Assembly: GCA_009914755.4 (NCBI GenBank)
Contig: CP068257.2
Coordinates: 27,264,001 to 27,328,000, forward strand
Direction: 5' to 3'
Length of the DNA stretch: 64,000 nt
Source: the human T2T-CHM13v2.0 reference genome, Homo sapiens
Positions 1 to 12,340 of the stretch are shown piece after piece. How positions within the stretch are numbered: the stretch's first letter is position 1; every line of letters begins with the position of its first letter. A program made the translations under genes and the position numbers. The notes under the pieces are model-generated. The model did not search any database. It saw only the letters and a program-made list of their open reading frames with translations, and was not told the DNA's origin.

Positions 1-732
1 CAAAAACTTCACCAAACAATTCAATTCTAACCTACATGATCCACACTTTTGCAATGTTTACAACAAAGTGGCAGGGGGACAGCTGAGCTGTGGCATGTAA
101 ACCTCCTTCCTTCAAATGAAAACTCCCCTCTGATTTCCTACTTTACAGTCAGTTCACTACAGTAAGTCAGCTGGCACCACATAAGAGGAGCCTGGGAGAG
201 GCCAACGTCCCCCTCTCCTCCCATCCTCCCCTCTTTGCAATAGTGTGGCACATGGGTCTGCCTCTACATAATACCATAAGGGCTGAAAGTTCCCTAACAA
301 AATGATTAACAGGGCTGTGCAATCATTGTTCACTACTGCGAGAATAGCATAATGCAGCACACAAATAAAAAACTGTTTTTAGTCACAATTTAAGGTGGAA
401 CCCCAGCAACATCTCATAGAGACCCAGTTGAGAAACCCACCTCCAGCACGAAATGGCCTCCTATGACAGATCATTTTCATTTGATTTGGACCCTTCTGTG
501 GCTTGACTTGCAAGTTCAGGTTTGGCTCCTCCCTCATTTATCACCTGCGGATTAGACGTTCTTTTCCGCCCTAGCTCTTCAGTATTCTCTGGTACCTGCT
601 GGTTATTTTTCCCTTCTGCTGTATTGTTTTGATCTGATTTGTCAGCAGCTTCCAGTTTACCTTCCTTCCCATTTCTCTGCTTTGAATTAAGCTGTGATGG
701 ACCCTTAGAGCTCTTTATCACCTCCTGGAGAT

Positions 733-1045
733 TGAATTTTTTTTTTTCCTTTTTTTTTTTCCTAATGCTCTGTTGCCAGGCTGGAGTGCAATGGCACCAT
801 CTCACCATCTCAGCTCACTGCAACCTCCGCCTCCGGGTTCAAGCGATTCTCCTGCCTCAGCCTCCTCCTGAAGAGGTGGAACTACAGGCCCACACCACCA
901 CCTCCAGCTAATTTTTGTATTTTTAGTGGAGATGGGGTTTCACCCTGTTGCCCAGGATGGTCTTGATCTCTTGGCCTCATGATCTGCCTGCCTCCTTGGC
1001 CTCCCGAAGTGCTGGGATTACAGGCATGAGCCTCCACGCCCAGTC
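733..1045 (-). mobile_element. Alu SINE (antisense on + strand, poly-T at left) inserted inside the THUMPD1 pseudogene
   Basis: ttttttttttcctaatgctctgttgccaggctggagtgcaatgg...cctcccgaagtgctgggattacaggcatgagcc matches antisense Alu consensus. Confidence 0.9.
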
Positions 1046-1221
1046 GGAAACTATTTTCTAAACTACATGTAATCTTTCAGGACACTCAGGCAACATAATT
1101 TCTACTATCACCGTGTACTGTGGATTGCTGAGAGCCACTTTACTTTCTGAATTGAGGGTGCACACTATTCCTGCCAATTTTTTGATAACTTCTCTATTCA
1201 TGTGACTGTGTCCGCAGTTGG

Positions 1222-1763
1222 TTCCTTTCAGTGGGTTCATAGTCTCACTGACTTAAAGAATGAAGACATGGACCTTCGCGGTAAGTGTTACAGCCCTTAA
1301 AGGTGGCACAGACCCAAAGAGTGAGCAGCAGCAAGATTTGTTGTGAAGTGCAAAAGAACAAAGCTTCCACAGCATGTAAGGGTACCAAGCAGGTTGCCGC
1401 TGCTGGTTGGGGGTGGCCAGCTTTTATTCCCTTATTTGTCCCCGCCCATGTCCTATTTCTGCCCTATCAGAATGCCCTTTTCTCAATCCTCCCTGTGATT
1501 GGTTACTTTTAGAATCCTGCTGATTTGTCCATTTTACAGAGGCTGATTGGTCCATTTTACAGAGCTCTGATTGGTCCATTTTACAAACCTCATGCTAGCT
1601 ACAGAGCACTGATTGATGCATTTTTACAGAGTGCTGATTGGTGCATTTTACAAACCTCTTGCTAGCTACAGAGCGCTGATTGGTGCATTTTACAATCCCC
1701 TTATAAGACAGAACAGTTCTCCAAGTCCCCACTCCACCAGGAAGTCCAGCTGGCTTCACCTCT
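1222..1763 (-). mobile_element. LTR12-type (HERV9/ERV9 LTR) fragment: U3 CCAAT tandem repeats plus R/U5-like 3' end. It is inserted into the THUMPD1 pseudogene between codons for ...FQIVYKS and NREVI...
   Basis: Read on the minus strand: ggtgaagccagctggacttcc...(gtaaaatgcaccaatcagcgctctgtagctagcaagaggttt)n...gggaataaaagctgg...tgtaacacttaccgcgaaggtc...gaaccaactgcggacaca. The 5-6 bp CAGTCA flank similarity at both edges is a candidate target-site duplication. Confidence 0.6.
1497..1700. repeat. Tandem array of ~7 inverted CCAAT boxes (ctgattggt = rc ACCAATCAG), units ~22 bp nested in ~57 bp higher-order units; the U3 repeat of the LTR12 fragment
   Basis: ctgattggtccattttacag / ctgattggtgcattttacaaacctcttgctagctacagagcg repeated. 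Confidence 0.7.
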
Positions 1764-2950
1764 CATGACTGCTATTTCAAGATTTGTACACAATCTGAAA
1801 TGTCCCTTTGTTTGGAGCTTTAAACCAGGGTTCCAAAAATGTTTCTGCATATTTTTTCATATCTTTTAAAAAAGCTTTGCATGTGCCTGAGATGGGTAAC
1901 ATTCGTAGAATAACTTGAGTCTTCTTGGTTTTGTACTCATCCTGGAGAATATGATGCACCAGTTTCTCAGGTTCTTTCCCAAGTGTCCTGATGAAGGCGA
2001 CGTTATTTGCTCCACTTTCCACTGACTGGAATCCTCTTAGGCTCATCTCTGTAGATGCCTCAATGTCACCAACTTCTTTCTTCAAGACAGCCTCCACATC
2101 ATCATCTTCTCCCTCACTTCCAGAGGGCTGCTGATCCTTGTCTGTAAACTTTTCTGGCCCATACATGTCATCGCCATATTCGTTGAGCAGGGTGTAAGCC
2201 TCCTCCACACACTTGGCGCTGGTTCATGTTGCAGGTGATGAGGATGCCCATAGCCCGGGCTCTGGCTGACTGGGCCCGCCAGATTCGCAGTGCCGAGCTC
2301 GCTTGACCAGCACATACTGAGCCTTGCCTCTGTGCTTCCCGCCGCCAGGCTGAGGAGGCTGCTGGGCAGCAGCCGCCATGATGTGTGCAAGCTGAGAGGA
2401 AAGAGAAACGTTTCTCCACTGCAGTTGGCGTCCTCACCTCCCGGCGAACTTCTCCACGGTTTACGGGTGTGAATAGAAGAAGTATGATGGCTTCAACATT
2501 TGGCATACATATGCCTTTTTACCTGCAGACCATGAGTAGTTTTGAATCACTTCAGTGTTTTTTGTCTTCTCACAGAGTCTTCATGGACACATCTTTCTCT
2601 TTCCGAAGAAACAAATTTCTTTTGAAATCCTGTTAGTGTTTCATGAAGGCATCTAGCTAGTGCAGCTTCCTGGACCAGAGTTATGTTTGTATGATCAAGA
2701 AATCTTAGGAAACTAAACAGGATCCGAAAGCAATTATGTTTTGTGTGGCGACCACCTTAGAGTTCAGTGTGGAAAAAAACATATATGTATATTAGGCGTG
2801 TGTATATACGTATGCAAAGCAAAGTGATGTATATTTGGCAAAAGACAAAACATTTGCCTTCTGGGCACTCCATACCATTTTGCGAATGCTAAATATCACC
2901 TAGGACATGAGGCTCATGGTTTGACACTCAGCATGAAAAAATATATATTA

Positions 2951-3275
2951 AGAAAATTTAGGCTGGGCGTGGTGGTTTACAACTGTAATATTAGCACTTT
3001 GGGAGATTGAGATGGGCGAGGCTAGAGGCAAGCAGTTCAAGACCAGCCTGGCCAACATGGCGAAACCCTGTCTCTACTAAAACTGCAAAAATGAGCTGGG
3101 TGTGGTAGTGCATGCCTGCAATCCCAACTACTTGGGAGGCTGAGGTAGGAGGATTACTTGAGCCCAGGAGACAAAAGGGTTCAGTGAGCTGAGATGGTGC
3201 CACTGCACTCTAGCCTGGGAGATAGAGCAAGACTTTGTCTCCAAAAAAAGAAAAGAAAAAGAAAAACAGAAAATT
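2951..3275 (+). mobile_element. Alu SINE with A-rich tail
   Basis: ggctgggcgtggtggtttacaactgtaat...ctgcactctagcctgggagatagagcaagactttgtctccaaaaaaagaaaag. Confidence 0.9.
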
Positions 3276-4740
3276 TGCACAAACTTTATAATTTCAATAA
3301 GTAAATAAGTGGCATAAATGATTATTAGTGGAAGGATTTCTCTTTAAATTACTTGGATCATCCCTCCCCCCACCCATCACCAGTTTTTTACTTTATTTTG
3401 TAGGGGCTGCCACGCTCATCTAGGGGCTGCATCTACTAATTGATGTAAGTATTGACCACTTGCGGTGTTTTAATGAAATAGTAACCTCTGAAAAGTTTCC
3501 CCACTTCCTGACAAATCCGTGTACACTTATCATTGTGGTATAAGTGTACCACATGCACCAGAATCTGGTGCATGTGTTTATCTCAAATCCAGGACTGTTT
3601 TTATGTTTACAGACCATGCACTGCAAGTCTAAGTGTTCTCAGGTAAAGCTGTCAAGGCAGGAGGCTGAGTGAGGACACACCAGCTTTACCTGCCTTGGGG
3701 CACTCCTGGGATTGATTGGTTTCCCCAGAGCCATAAAATTTTTTATTATTCTTCTGCATATATCAGGCCACGGAACTGTGTGGCCTTCTGGGACTTCTGC
3801 TGCTTGTAAAATGGCACAACATTTTTGTTGGCTGAAGTGCAGGGTGAGAATTGCTCATCACCCTTGCAGAGCAACTGGAGACCTCTTTTAGGGTCATTGG
3901 TTAACCTGCACCAGAGGGCAGTTAATGAGCCAATGAAGGAAATGCTAACATTAAATTAAATATGTGAAGAAGGATTCCTCCAGGCATCAGATGAGCTAGA
4001 TGGGGTAGGAACATTGAGAGTGAAAATCTGGGAAATAACCAAGTGCTTTGTTCTTTTCTAAGGCATGCAGAACTCATTACTGTTGATGGAAGCAAAAACA
4101 ACAAGGCTGAGTGCCTTGACTAAGTCAGAGGTTAGAAACCCTCTGGCTCAACTTTATTGGCCAATCTTCATTAGGTGAGCAAAGAAGCCTCTAAAGAGAA
4201 GAAGCTTGTTTGCCCTACTGGAAGAGCAGTCATTGCTTTTATAAATAATCAATACCACATATCTTTACATAGAGTTTCATCATACTTAAAATATTTCAGC
4301 TTCTTCCTGGTGTAGAAGTTATAGATGGATTAAAACCAAATGCTTAAAATTCACCCCCCAGAGAATAGGGAATTGGTCTTAGAAAATGGTAGTCTTTGAG
4401 CTGAGAGGTAAGTTGCATACTAGATATCTCTTACTGGAAAGTCCTACTGAATTCTTCTGACCTAAATGAGTACGATTGAGCCAATTGCAGTAGCAAAAAG
4501 AATTTCAGATGGTATAATGCAGCAATTATATATAAATCAGGCCTTGGAACTGACAGACCAGGTGCCAAATCCCTACTAATTTCAGTGTTATTTAACAGAG
4601 TAGAATTACAGTATATAGTTTAACAAAATAGTTGTACAGAGCTTTATTCAGTTCTTTTGGTTTTAAAGAATAGAGAGTCACCTGTTCCAACAATTAAAAG
4701 AATTTTAATGTATCAGTATGATATATATGTATAGATAAAT

Positions 4741-4770
4741 GCACACACACACACATATATATATATTTGA
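4741..4770. repeat. (CA)n(TA)n compound microsatellite
   Basis: cacacacacacacatatatatatat. Confidence 0.7.
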
Positions 4771-5694
4771 GAAAGATCATCTCTTAGAAATCCAAGAACA
4801 GGATTTGTAATAGAATAATTTCTAGGGGAAGTGATTTGGAACCCAAGACAAGTCTGGGATCCTCAGAAGCAGAAGTCCATTAATTTCACTCTGAGTGCCC
4901 CATGTTAATGTGAAGACACTATGCATCTGTTGTCTTCTCTGTGCTCCCCTGTCCACCAAAGGGCTTGTGTTTTCTGTATTTCACAATTCAGGCTCTCGAA
5001 ACAGGCATTCTGGCCTGTTTGAGCACAGACTTATTGGCCAGGTCACATTTTAGCCCAACTGCTAGTTTATGGATTGGCTGGTGATGGGACAGACAGGCCT
5101 TTACTCCTAATCCAATTAAAGATGTTCATTAAGAAGGCTGCCCTTCATTGAGGGGAATGGGTGGACAACTTCCTTTTGCTAGGGTGTGACTGGCATAATG
5201 AATGATATGCCTGACAGTCCTTGAGAGTTGGTTATGGGTAAGTTAGTTCTGCATGCCATCTTACTTTCTGATTACACTTCTTCACAATCATTGGAACACA
5301 AGTGGAAAGAAGATAAAGATCCCCTTTATTTGAGAGCAAATCTTCTGAATATCCATTCAATGAAACTCAGATACCCTCTCTAGGTAAGACTTAACTTTGT
5401 AACCTATTCACCACAGAAATGTAAACATAAAAAAATTGTCCTATAGTTAAGTGACAGAGCAGAGTGAATCTTAAGCAGAAGGGTCAAGTAGGCAATGAGA
5501 TTTTTTTTGTCAGAGTCATTCTTTCTTTTCAAACCCAGAGCTATTTCATATACTAGCAAATTAAAGGCAGCTGTACTTTGGGAGGAAGAGGATGTGATTT
5601 AGTTGGCAGATAACCTTAAATCACACCTTTGCCCCATAGCCTATGGCCTTGGGTAAATAAATGAGCTTCTTTGAGCTTTAATCTCCTCAGTGTC

Positions 5695-6045
5695 AAATGT
5701 AACTATCTGCTATGGTCTGAATGTGTTCCCCCAAATTCATGTATTGAAAACTTAATCCCAAATGCAACAGTGCTGAAAGGTGAGTCCCTTTGGGAGGTGT
5801 TTAGGTCATGAGGGCTCTGCCTTTATAAATAGATTAATGCCATCAAACTAGGACTTGATGGAGGGAGTTAGTTTCTCTTGACCGTCTAACGTTCCCCATA
5901 TAAGGACACAGCAAAAAAGCCCTGCCAGACACCAAATGCTGGTGCCTTGATCTTGGATTCCCAGTCCCTAGAACTGTGAGAAAATAAAATTCTCTTCTTT
6001 ATAAATTACCCAGTTTCAGGTATTTTGTTGTACTAGAACAAAACA
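5695..6045 (+). mobile_element. ERVL-MaLR-type LTR (MST/MLT-like solo LTR)
   Basis: ...cccaaattcatgtattgaaaacttaatcccaaatg...ctttgggaggtgtttaggtcatgagggc...ccagtccctagaactgtgagaaaataaaattctcttctttataaattacccagtttcaggtattttgttgtac. Confidence 0.5.
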
Positions 6046-6399
6046 GACTAAGACACTATCGTACAAAGTCGTTGTTCTAAACATTGTATGAAAGAGGTGG
6101 GTATATGATGGATAATTATTTCATAAGTACTTAAAAAAACAATGGAAGGGACACCTAAGAACTCTCATTTTACAGATGTGGGAACTGGGGCTTGAGAATT
6201 ATTTCCGTTGTTTAAGTTCAGTCAGCTTACTTAGTCAAAACTAGAACTCAGATCTCTTGACTTCCTAGGCCAGTGTTTTTTCAAGCTACCTCTAAGTTAT
6301 TCTACAATTCTAAAAACTTGCTCTTAAGACTATGGATGTAGGTAAAGTTATAGCTTCCAGTTGCCTACAATGAACTAGGGAAACTATTTTTATTATTAG

Positions 6400-6773
<374 letters not shown>

Positions 6774-6822
6774 TGAATAACTGTTAATAGCACAAATTAC
6801 TAACTGTCCTAGAGGAATGTGT

Positions 6823-7127
<305 letters not shown>

Positions 7128-7887
7128 TTTGAGGAATGTGTTTTAATAGTAACCCAAGTCTTAAAGAAGTGAAACTCTTTAGCCAGGCACCCCTGAGCCT
7201 CCCTGGCCTCCCGCAGTCACCCTGGCCACATGGCTAACCTCCTGTAGCTCTAAGATCAAGGAGCCAATCCAAGGCTTCCAACTGGCAATCAAGCTCCAGA
7301 CTGAAAGGCCATGAAACACAAGTAACCTGAGCTCACCTGGCTGAGCATCATAGTCCAGAAATATTTTTCATGCCATGCACTTCTCCGCCACGCGAGCAAA
7401 GCGTGGCGCGGTGCAGTGGAAACTTTGTGTAATCCATCCTATTTTAAATTACCAAGGAGTTGAATTTTATGAAATATTAAAGGACTAGATTCTAGAAGAC
7501 CTTCATAGAATACAGATGGTTTGTTCACATAATTTTTTTCTTTGTGCAGGAGTGCAAGATTTTCCAAGCACGTCTTCCTTCTTCCACTTAGAATTCCTTC
7601 ACAGACTCTTGTTGTCTATTTTGTGTAAAGCACCATAGGAAATACAAAATGATATTTTATATGCTGTCTTTCCCCATAGAGCTTGTTTTCTGGTTGACAT
7701 ATGAATGGAGACTCCATGAGGTCTGGAACTTTGTCTGTTTTACCCACTGTTAGGATCTAGTGCCTAGAACAGCATCTTGCAGAGAAAAGGCACCCAAGGA
7801 ACATTTGTGGAATGCATAGATGAACATTAGTCATAACCAACAAACATTTATATGTCTAATATTTATTCCCCCCACCTCATTTTTTCT

Positions 7888-8000
7888 TTAGAGATGGGGT
7901 CTTGCTGTGTTGCTCAGGTTGGACTCGAACTCCTGGGCTAAGCTGATCTTCCCGCCTTGGCCTTCCAAGTAAGTGGGATTACAGGCTTGTGCCACAGTGG
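7888..8000 (-). mobile_element. Partial Alu (one monomer, antisense)
   Basis: gagatggggtcttgctgtgttgctcaggttggactcgaactcctgggctaagctgatcttcccgccttggccttccaagtaagtgggattacaggcttgtgccac. Confidence 0.7.
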
Positions 8001-8004
8001 TTGA

Positions 8005-8322
<318 letters not shown>

Positions 8323-10534
8323 GCCCCCTAGTATTTTAAGTACAGTTGCTGCCTCATTTGATTCTCACAATTCCATGAGGTAGGAACTATTAATATTTCC
8401 ATTTTGAAGATGGGGAAACTGAGGCTTAGAAAGATTTAAGTAACTTTTCCAGTGTTCCCCAGTGGTGATCCTGGGATTTGTAGCAAAGTCAGCTGGCCCT
8501 GAAATCTGTTCTCTTGACCACTTTGTTCTGTTGCCTCTGCATACTAAGCTGTCTTCTCCCTCAGAGTAAAATACACTCTTTTCCTGTTTTTATAACCCAA
8601 ATCAAGAGGTGCTTATAATGGCCTCACATCTGTGATATAAACAACAACGGGCTGGAAAGTTTTGGAGAGTCTGAACCAGATGTGGGACTAACGCTGCCCT
8701 TGAGGGATAGGAAGGATTTGAACAGGTGAGAGGTAGAGCTCCTCTCACTTAGACTTCTGGGAGAAGATGGCTTGAAAATCCTCTCCATAATATTGTTATA
8801 TTATAATCTCATAAAATATTATAGTTATTGTCGTTCATCTTTAACCCAGCTTCATCATCTTAAACAGCTTGTGAGGGTGAGCATACAGACTTGTTCATAT
8901 TTCTACACAAGCTCAGCACATAGCATGGCACCTTCTCTTTGATTTGATTGAAATTGAATTATCATTGATGGTAAGCTGGATGGGCTTGGGAAAGTATTCT
9001 TGCCAAACCTTGAATTCCGATAAGCTTTTCTTTTTCATGTTTTTCTCCAGCCCTTCCTCTGCTTTTGAAGAAGTCCTAAAGAAAAAAAGAACACAACTCT
9101 TCATGTGAAATCATTTTTGACGTCTTTGGAGATTTCTCTAGGTTCTGGCCCAAGCCTGACTGTTGTTCTGTTCCACCTACATTCTTCCTACACTTGAGGG
9201 ATTTGAAAAAATGTACTTAATGATTTGGACTTATTTTAATTTTCTCTAACTTATTTATTTTCTCTGAGGTTAAGAACATTTTGTAAATTCACTAACCAAA
9301 GATATTTTGCACACGATGAAAGAGCTTTTAAAAAACATTGGATCGGAGTTAGCATATTTCCCCAAGGAAAGGAAATACACAAACTAGTCACATGATTGAT
9401 TGAAAAAAACAAAGCAAGAGAACTAAAATATCCTCCTGAACTAGTTCCTAAGGTACACTCTTTTTCCATTCTGACACAACAACTAGTCTGCACTGTTTGT
9501 TTTTTGAAGTGAAACTTTGGTGGGAAAATTTATAACCAAAATTTCTGTATATTTCACACTAACATTCTTTCTCTTGCCAGACATTTTGCTGTGAACTCAG
9601 GCATTTATCCCCATATGTTTTCCAGCCTGTTCAGGTGTTCATCTCTCTTGTTCTCAGTAAATACTAAATTTTCAAGTCAAGCTTCTGGAAAGGTAGTTTG
9701 GTCACCATGTTTTTGTAGAGAGTGATTATAATGCACATTTTCTTTCATTTGTTCATAATAATGAACACAAACCCCTGGTGTGAATTTCACTTTATTAGTA
9801 GAGTCTTTACAGTCTGAGGATCTGATATTAGTAAAGAAGTCAATTTTGAAAATGTTGGCTATCTGAAGAAGAGTGACAAATCATGAATGACCTAATTGAT
9901 ATTGACAAAGCTATTGAAATTGTTAAACTGACAGACCAAAATTGACAGATAGACCAAAATTGATAAATTGATAAACATATTTTTGAGCAGTGACTATATA
10001 TATGCAAAGCCAAACTTCCATTTGAAATTTGCTCTCTACTAAACAGAAGCAAAGATGTAGGGGCTTGGAGTAGGCACCTAGTTAGCGATATCATTCCTTA
10101 TTCCCGCCAGTAAATCACTGACAAGAATAAACTCTTCCCATCCGTTTCCTCTTTCTAACTTACTGTAACTGGGCAGTACTGTAACTGGACTGATCTCACA
10201 CCCAGATCAGTCAATTTTTATAACTGACATTTTCTAATGCATTCAGCTCCATTACCAGTGCCACCAACTATTACTTCTGATTTACTTTGGAATTAATTCA
10301 AACTTTTTTCTCCAGATTTCATCATGCTAAGAAACACTTCTCATGCCTGCAACACCTAGTATCTATTTCCGTAAGTCAAATTTAAAAATATTCATAGACT
10401 TATCTTTGCCCCAATGTCAGTAGCTGTCAGGGACTCAGGAGACTCTAAAGATTCATGAATAATAGTAGTAGAAGTAGCAATCGTAATAGTAAAAGTAGTA
10501 AAAATAGCAGAAATTATATTATTTACTGGATGCT

Positions 10535-10655
10535 TTCTACCCAGGCACTGTGCTAAGCACTTTATTTTCAGTTACGATTTCATTTTACAGAAGAAGAAAC
10601 CAAGGCTCAGAGAGGTGAAATAACCTTATACAGTCCAAGTGGTAGAGCCAGAAAA
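10535..10655 (+). mobile_element. MIR-like SINE fragment
   Basis: ctgtgctaagcacttt...ttttacagaagaagaaaccaaggctcagagaggtgaaataaccttatacagtccaagtggtagagccag resembles the MIR core. Confidence 0.5.
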
Positions 10656-10789
10656 TTCATTGTTTTTTAAAAGTTTAATAGAACTCACCAATGAAACCAT
10701 CTGGGTGGGCTTTTTTTGAGAGGGGAAGTTTTTGACTATAATTTCAATTTCCCACTTTTAGTTGAATAGTTTGAAATTTTTTCTCTGGG

Positions 10790-11034
10790 CTTATTTATTT
10801 TTGAGATGGAGTCTCACATGGTTGCCCAGGCTGTAGTGCAGTGGTGTGATCTTGGCTAACTGCAACCTCCACCTACCGGGGTCGGGCGATTCTCCTGCCT
10901 CTTTTTGTATTTTTAGTAGAGGCAGAGTTTTGTCGTGTTGACCAGGCTGGTCGTGAACTCCTGACCTTAGGTGATCCACTGGCCTCTTCCTCCCAAAGTG
11001 CTGGAATTACAGGCGTGAGCCACTATGCCTGGCC
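10790..11034 (-). mobile_element. Alu SINE (antisense, internal deletion)
   Basis: ttatttatttttgagatggagtctcacatggttgcccaggctgtagtgcagtggtgtgatcttggctaactgcaacc...ggaattacaggcgtgagccactatgcctggcc. Confidence 0.85.
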
Positions 11035-11165
11035 ATATTTATTTGCTTCTATTGAGTTCTTATATTTTCAATGCCCTTATTTCCCCTGAACTAAATAATT
11101 TAGTGGGCTTTATGTCACTTTGTTCTCTTTCCCACTGCTATCTCACATCTTTTGCTTATACTGAT

Positions 11166-11395
11166 AGGCTTATCTTTGCCCCAATGTCAGTAGCTGTAGG
11201 GGCATATATTATCTTTATTTGGTAAGAAACTCACTGGTGAGTCCTACTAAACTTTTAAGAAACAGTGAATTTTCTGGCTCTACCACTTGGACGGTGTAAG
11301 GTTATTTCACCTCTCTGAGCCTTGGTTTCTCCTTCTGTCAAATGAAATTGTAACTGAAAATAAAGACAATATATGCCCCTATAGCTACTGCCGCT
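11166..11395. repeat. Local duplicated copy of the segment at ~10396-10680. Part is direct (11166-11222) and part is inverted (11228-11395), with a short inverted-repeat pair at 11188-11222 / 11358-11393.
   Basis: cttatctttgccccaatgtcagtagctgt occurs at 10399 and 11169 (direct). The rc of 11261-11353 matches 10567-10655 at roughly 93% identity. cagtagctgtaggggcatatattatctttattt matches the rc of 11360-11393. Confidence 0.6.
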
Positions 11396-11749
11396 ATAAT
11401 ATAAACGGACATGTATTATCTTTTTCTTTGTCTTGGTCCTAGCCCTTTAAAGATGACTTTCACATTGTTTGAAATGTCTATGCCCTTACTTATCTATTTT
11501 TGTCTGCTTGTTCCATCAGTTACAGAGAGAGGTGTGTTGAAGTCTCCCGCTATGATTGTGGATAATTCTATTTTTTTTAGCTGTTTCAATTTTTGCATCA
11601 TAGAATTCAAACTTATGCTAGTAGGTGACCAAATTTAGAATAATTATATCTTCCTGGTGAACTGAATTTTTATCATTGTGGAAATGTTCCTTTTTATCTT
11701 TAGTAAAGCTTTTTACCTGAACACCTATTTTGTCTGACATTAGTATAGG

Positions 11750-12110
11750 TACAGTAGGTGTCTGAGTCAGTTTGCTCTGCTATAACAAAGGACCATAGAC
11801 TGAGTGGCCTCTAAGCAACAGAAATTTACTCTTTATAGTTCTGGAGGCTGGAAGTCTGAGTTCAGGGTGCCAGCATGATTGGGTTGGAGTGAGGGCTCTC
11901 TTCCAGGTTACAGGCTACCATCTTCCCATTGTATCCTCACATGACAGAAAGAGAGCTGGAGAGCTCTCTTGGATCCCTTTATAAAGGCATGCATTCTATT
12001 CATGAGGATTCCACCTTGATGTGCTAAATTACCTACGAAAGATCCCACCTCCTAATACCATCACATTGGGGGCTAGGATTTCAACGTATGAATTTTGCAT
12101 GGACAAATTC
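11750..12110 (-). mobile_element. ERVL-MaLR-type LTR (antisense)
   Basis: ...acaacagaaatttactctttatagttctggaggctggaagtctgag...ccatcacattgggggctaggatttcaacgtatgaattttg. Confidence 0.5.
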
Positions 12111-12194
12111 AGTCCATAACACTAGGTTTTTTTGGATTTATATTTAGCATATTTTAGCTTTTTCCATCATTTTACTTTCAGTCTTTAAAAAAAT

Positions 12195-12340
12195 TAAGTT
12201 GTGTGTTATGAACTGAATGTATCCCTCCAAAATTCATACCCAGAAGCCCTAACACCTTCAATGTGTCTATATTTGGAGATGGGCCTCTAAGGAAGTAATT
12301 AAGCTTAAATGAGATCATAACCACTTACCTCCTAAAAGGT
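12195..12340 (+). mobile_element. ERVL-MaLR-type LTR fragment (sense), in opposite orientation to the neighbouring copy
   Basis: ccaaaattcatacccagaagccctaacaccttcaatgtgtctatatttggagatgggcctctaaggaagtaattaagcttaaatgagatcat. Confidence 0.5.

Larger units (their letters stand above)
461..2470 (-). pseudogene. THUMPD1-derived processed (intronless) pseudogene, possibly THUMPD1P1. It is frameshifted and stop-disrupted, and interrupted by an Alu and an LTR12 fragment. 3'UTR-derived sequence probably continues toward position 1.
   Basis: Minus-strand ORF pieces are colinear with human THUMPD1 protein without introns: 2380->2200 (MAAAAQQPPQPGGGKHRGKAQYVLVKRA...GILITCNMN), 2208->1777 (EEAYTLLNEYGDDMYGPEKFTDKDQQPSGSEGEDDD...FLEPWFKAPNKGTFQIVYKS), 1240->1058 (SHMNREVIKKLAGIVCTLNSESKV) and 808->461 (KGPSQLNSKQRNGKEGKLEAADKSDQNNTAEGKNNQQVPENTEELG...SKSNENDLS*). 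Frame breaks and stops lie between the pieces. Confidence 0.8.

Noticed and set aside
639-911. Numerous 60-140 aa ORFs from the supplied track that overlap Alu elements (for example 639-911+, 6435-6776+, 6817-7089+, 16139-16390+, 23276-23545-, 23581-23946+, 30488-30910-, 32336-32755+, 34351-34573-, 43642-43905-, 46972-47298+, 54423-54692-, 58788-59052)
   Set aside because: Their translations are the stereotyped Alu read-through peptides (..[40 protein letters not shown].. / ..[14 protein letters not shown]..). These are repeat-derived, not genes.
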